64,000 nucleotides of DNA, taken from contig CATNEN010000029.1 of the NCBI GenBank assembly GCA_950097015.1, positions 7,068,001 through 7,132,000 of the forward strand, written 5' to 3'. The first letter of the stretch is position 1. Each line of letters opens with the position of its first letter. Below are positions 60,902-64,000 of the stretch, piece by piece. Position numbers and translations under genes: made by a program. The notes beneath the pieces were generated by a model that did not search any database, was not told the DNA's origin, and saw only the letters and a program-made list of their open reading frames with translations. The stretch is from Macrostomum hystrix (taxonomy: Eukaryota; Animalia; Platyhelminthes).

Positions 60902-63660
60902 TCAGGTAGCGACTGAGACTGAAATAGAAAAATGGCATTTTCTTGATGTCTTCAATTGGCTTTTTATCCAAAAAAATTTTTGTCCAAGCGAGGCGACACT
61001 AGCTAATTTGTAATTGAGGCACTTTCTCATTTGTTTCAATAAATGAACTAATTTGTAGTAGAGAAAATTATGCTATACTGGAAAGTAAATTGACTTACTG
61101 ATTATGATGATAATGACAAGAGCCGCGACCACACCCATGATGATCATCATCTGGAAACGAAAAAATTGTACATGAGAGACTTTTTAGACAGACGGAAATT
61201 TAAACACGATCGAATCTTATGAACTGACGTATCTATAACAAACTACACATAACTAAAAAAACTCATAACATTCAATAACAACATCAGAATGTAGACATAA
61301 CTCTATCCCGTTAGACTGGACACCATTCTGTTAGACAGGACATCATCCTGTTAGACAGGACACCATCCTGTTAGACAGGACATTAATCCTGTTAGACAGG
61401 ACATTGATCCTGTTAGACAGGACATTAATCCTGTTAGACAGGACATTAATCCTGTTAGACAGGACATTAATCCTGTTAGACAGGACATTAATCCTGTTAG
61501 ACAGGACACCATCCTGTTAGACAGGACATTAATCCTGTTAAACAGGACACCATCCTGTTAGACAGGACACCATCCTGTTAGACTGGTCACAATCCTGTAA
61601 GACAGGACACCATGCTGTTAGACAGGACATTAATCCTGTTAGACAGGACACCATCCTTTTAGACAGAACACTATCCTGTTAGACTGGTCACAATCCTGTT
61701 AGACAGGACACTACCCTGTTAGACAGGACACCATCCTGTTAGACAGGACTAATTGTCTGGTTCTTTTAGTTTTGACACATGTCAGAGTGTTAAAATACAA
61801 TTGAGGAAATATATGTGATGAGTAAAACTAAAAATTCGGGGTGAGAGTTGCAGACCAGTCCATGGACTGAGCAGCCGTACGCAACTTTTGGGTGCGTTAT
61901 AGATTAAAAAGTAGAATTTTAGAGGATGCAAAAAAACTAAAAAACGGGTCTAGAATGACAGGTTAAATAATGCGAATAAAAGGCATAAAATGAACTATAA
62001 TTGGTATTAAATGCTTTAAAACGGTTTACATTGGGGAATAAATTCAGTAGGGACACAACATTGTGACAGACATTATAACAAAAGGCAATCTTCACTGGCC
62101 AATTTTGTAAGCTCTACAATAAACAGTTTGATTGGCCGAAGCACACTTTTGTACCTTCATATTCTTCCACCAGTACTTGTTCTTGAGTTTGCCGGCGCTG
62201 GCCTCAAACTGCGAGGCGCCAGCCTGCAGGGCGTCTGCACATTGGCAGTGGTGTCGGGCAGAGTTACATTTGACGTTTAAGATTTCACGATTTCGCTAGC
62301 CGTATGCAACGCATTAAAAATTAAATAAATACAATGCCAATCTTGTTGAACCGAAACCAACCTCTGAAAGTTTCGCATCATGCAGGGAGGTGGGGTGAGG
62401 CACACAGTGGGGGTTATTAAAGGAGGGAGGTGAGGCACACAGTGGGGGTTGTTAAAGGGGGTGGAGTGGGGCATACAGTGGGGGTTGTTAAAGGAGGGAG
62501 GTGAGGCACACAGTGGGGGTTGTTAAAGGAGGGAGGTGAGGCACACAGTGGGGGTTGTTAAAGGAGGGAGGTGAGGCACACAGTGGGGGTTGTTAAAGGA
62601 GGGAGGTGAGGCACACAGTGGGGGTTGTTAAAGGAGGGAGGTGAGGCACACAGTGGGGGTTGTTAAAGGGGGTGGGTGGGGCATACAGTGGGGGTTGTTG
62701 AAGGAGGGAGGTGAGGCACACAGTGGGGTTGTTGAAGGAGGTGGGGTGAGGCACACAGTGGGGGTTGTTAAAGGAGGGAGGTGAGGCACACAGTGGGGGT
62801 TGTTAAAGGAGGTGGGGTGAGGCACACAGTGGGGGTTGTTAAAGGAGGGAGGTGAGGCACACAGTGGGGTTGTTGAAGGAGGTGGGGTGAGGCACACAGT
62901 GGGGGTTGTTAAAGTAGGGAGGTGAGGCACACAGTGGGGTTGTTGAAGGAGGGACACACAGTTGGGTGGGGCACACAGTGAGCAGCTCAAAGGGTTAAAG
63001 GCAATGAGTCTGGGTGGTTAGTGAATGGGTGAAGGGTAAATGAAGGTAAAGAAGGGCAGGAAGTGAGGAGGAAGAGAATAGAATGGACTAATTGTCGGTA
63101 TGGTTTCAGAATTGTATTCGCAGATAAACTTTAATTTGTACTAAATTGAAAAGTTTTATTTTCGTTACAGGCAAGTTAAGAAATAGATGATAAGGCCTAG
63201 ATTTTTCACCGTGAACAGACCACTGCACAATTGGCGACGCTTCGATTGTATGTAGGAAGTATGAAGATGTAGCAACACCAACTATATAGGAATTGTCGGC
63301 ACCACAAAAGTGCACACCAGTATTTAAGCCTTTAGTCTAAAATTAGTACTCACCGGCCCGATCGTCCAAGTTGGAGATCTTGGCGTCGCGTTCCAGCACC
63401 TTGTCCACATTGACTCGCATGATGTCGACAACCTGAATAAAGTTTCAGACATGTTACACAAATTGCAAGTGGAGTAAAAGTGTTATCATTTTTGAAAGTT
63501 CAATGCAATACGATGCTTAGTTTTCTTAAATAGATTCGGGTTACTCAACCCCAGGGTGCTCACCTCCTCCACCTGTGCCTGAGTCTGCATAAGGCGACGG
63601 TTCTGTGTGTAGGTCGGCTTCGGAGCTCCGCTGTTGTCGCCTTCACCGGCCGCGCCGGCG
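60902..63660 (-). CDS. VAMP: Synaptobrevin/VAMP R-SNARE. Exons 63660-63564, 63432-63354, 62234-62155, 61150-61099, 60918-60902; ATG exon not found in the window
   Basis: [13 protein letters not shown]|[26 protein letters not shown]|[27 protein letters not shown]|[17 protein letters not shown]|ISVAT*; all GT-AG and in phase. Confidence 0.95.
61305..61750. repeat. 20-21-bp minisatellite in a VAMP intron
   Basis: Unit atcctgttagacaggacacc / atcctgttagacaggacatta. Confidence 0.9.
62385..62975. repeat. ~35-bp minisatellite in a VAMP intron
   Basis: Unit ggaggtgaggcacacagtgggggttgttaaaggag. Confidence 0.95.
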
Positions 63661-63733
63661 CTGAAAATCAATTGTTTGTAGTCTATAGCCTTGCACAGTA
63701 CACGTTTTTTTTCTGAGCTTGCATCTTAAGCTT

Positions 63734-63925
63734 GGTAGCCTAGTGACAAAAGCTTTGGACTTCTGGTCGGTAGGTCGGGAGTTCGAATTTAATTCAAAAG
63801 GGAGCAATAAAAAAGCTTTTTCTTTGAGAAAGACACTTCAACTCTCTGGTGATTCACATGTAAAATGAGTACGAAAATCAGATGGGGTTAGACGTCGTGG
63901 TGAGTGTGGTGGCCTTCTCAGTCCA
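63734..63925 (+). mobile_element. Divergent tRNA-derived SINE related to family B
   Basis: ggtagcctagtg..ggtcgggagttcgaat head; central and 3' segments weakly match family B. Confidence 0.6.
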
Positions 63926-64000
63926 AACAGTTGTGCACATTATTTTATTGTTTATTTATATTCCTTTGGTAAAACGTTTTGTAATAATTGCTTAAAATTT

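Overview
Intron-rich animal genomic DNA, very rich in minisatellites. The overall style suggests a free-living flatworm such as Macrostomum, but that is inference and the sequence does not prove it. All exon models below were built by hand from splice sites and reading phase. Plus strand: a two-exon glypican with a long Pro-rich stalk (1635-4848), then two complete SLC6/NSS transporter domains in tandem (15415-27490 and 28905-42805). The first domain ends at a phase-0 donor and the second begins at a phase-0 acceptor with no in-frame ATG. The simplest model is therefore one ~1640-aa double-SLC6 protein. The second domain also has two frame-incompatible duplicated TM8-TM9 exons (candidate mutually exclusive exons) and a ~130-residue polyQ terminal exon. 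Minus strand: synaptobrevin/VAMP, an orphan coiled-coil ORF, two nearly identical ATP synthase subunit c coding exons and a MARCH-type RING-CH ligase, partly spaced like an operon. Mobile DNA: two tRNA-derived SINE families, hAT MITEs, a TTAA-target long-TIR element, an internally deleted P-superfamily element and a decayed LINE fragment. No rRNA, functional tRNA or CRISPR array was found.
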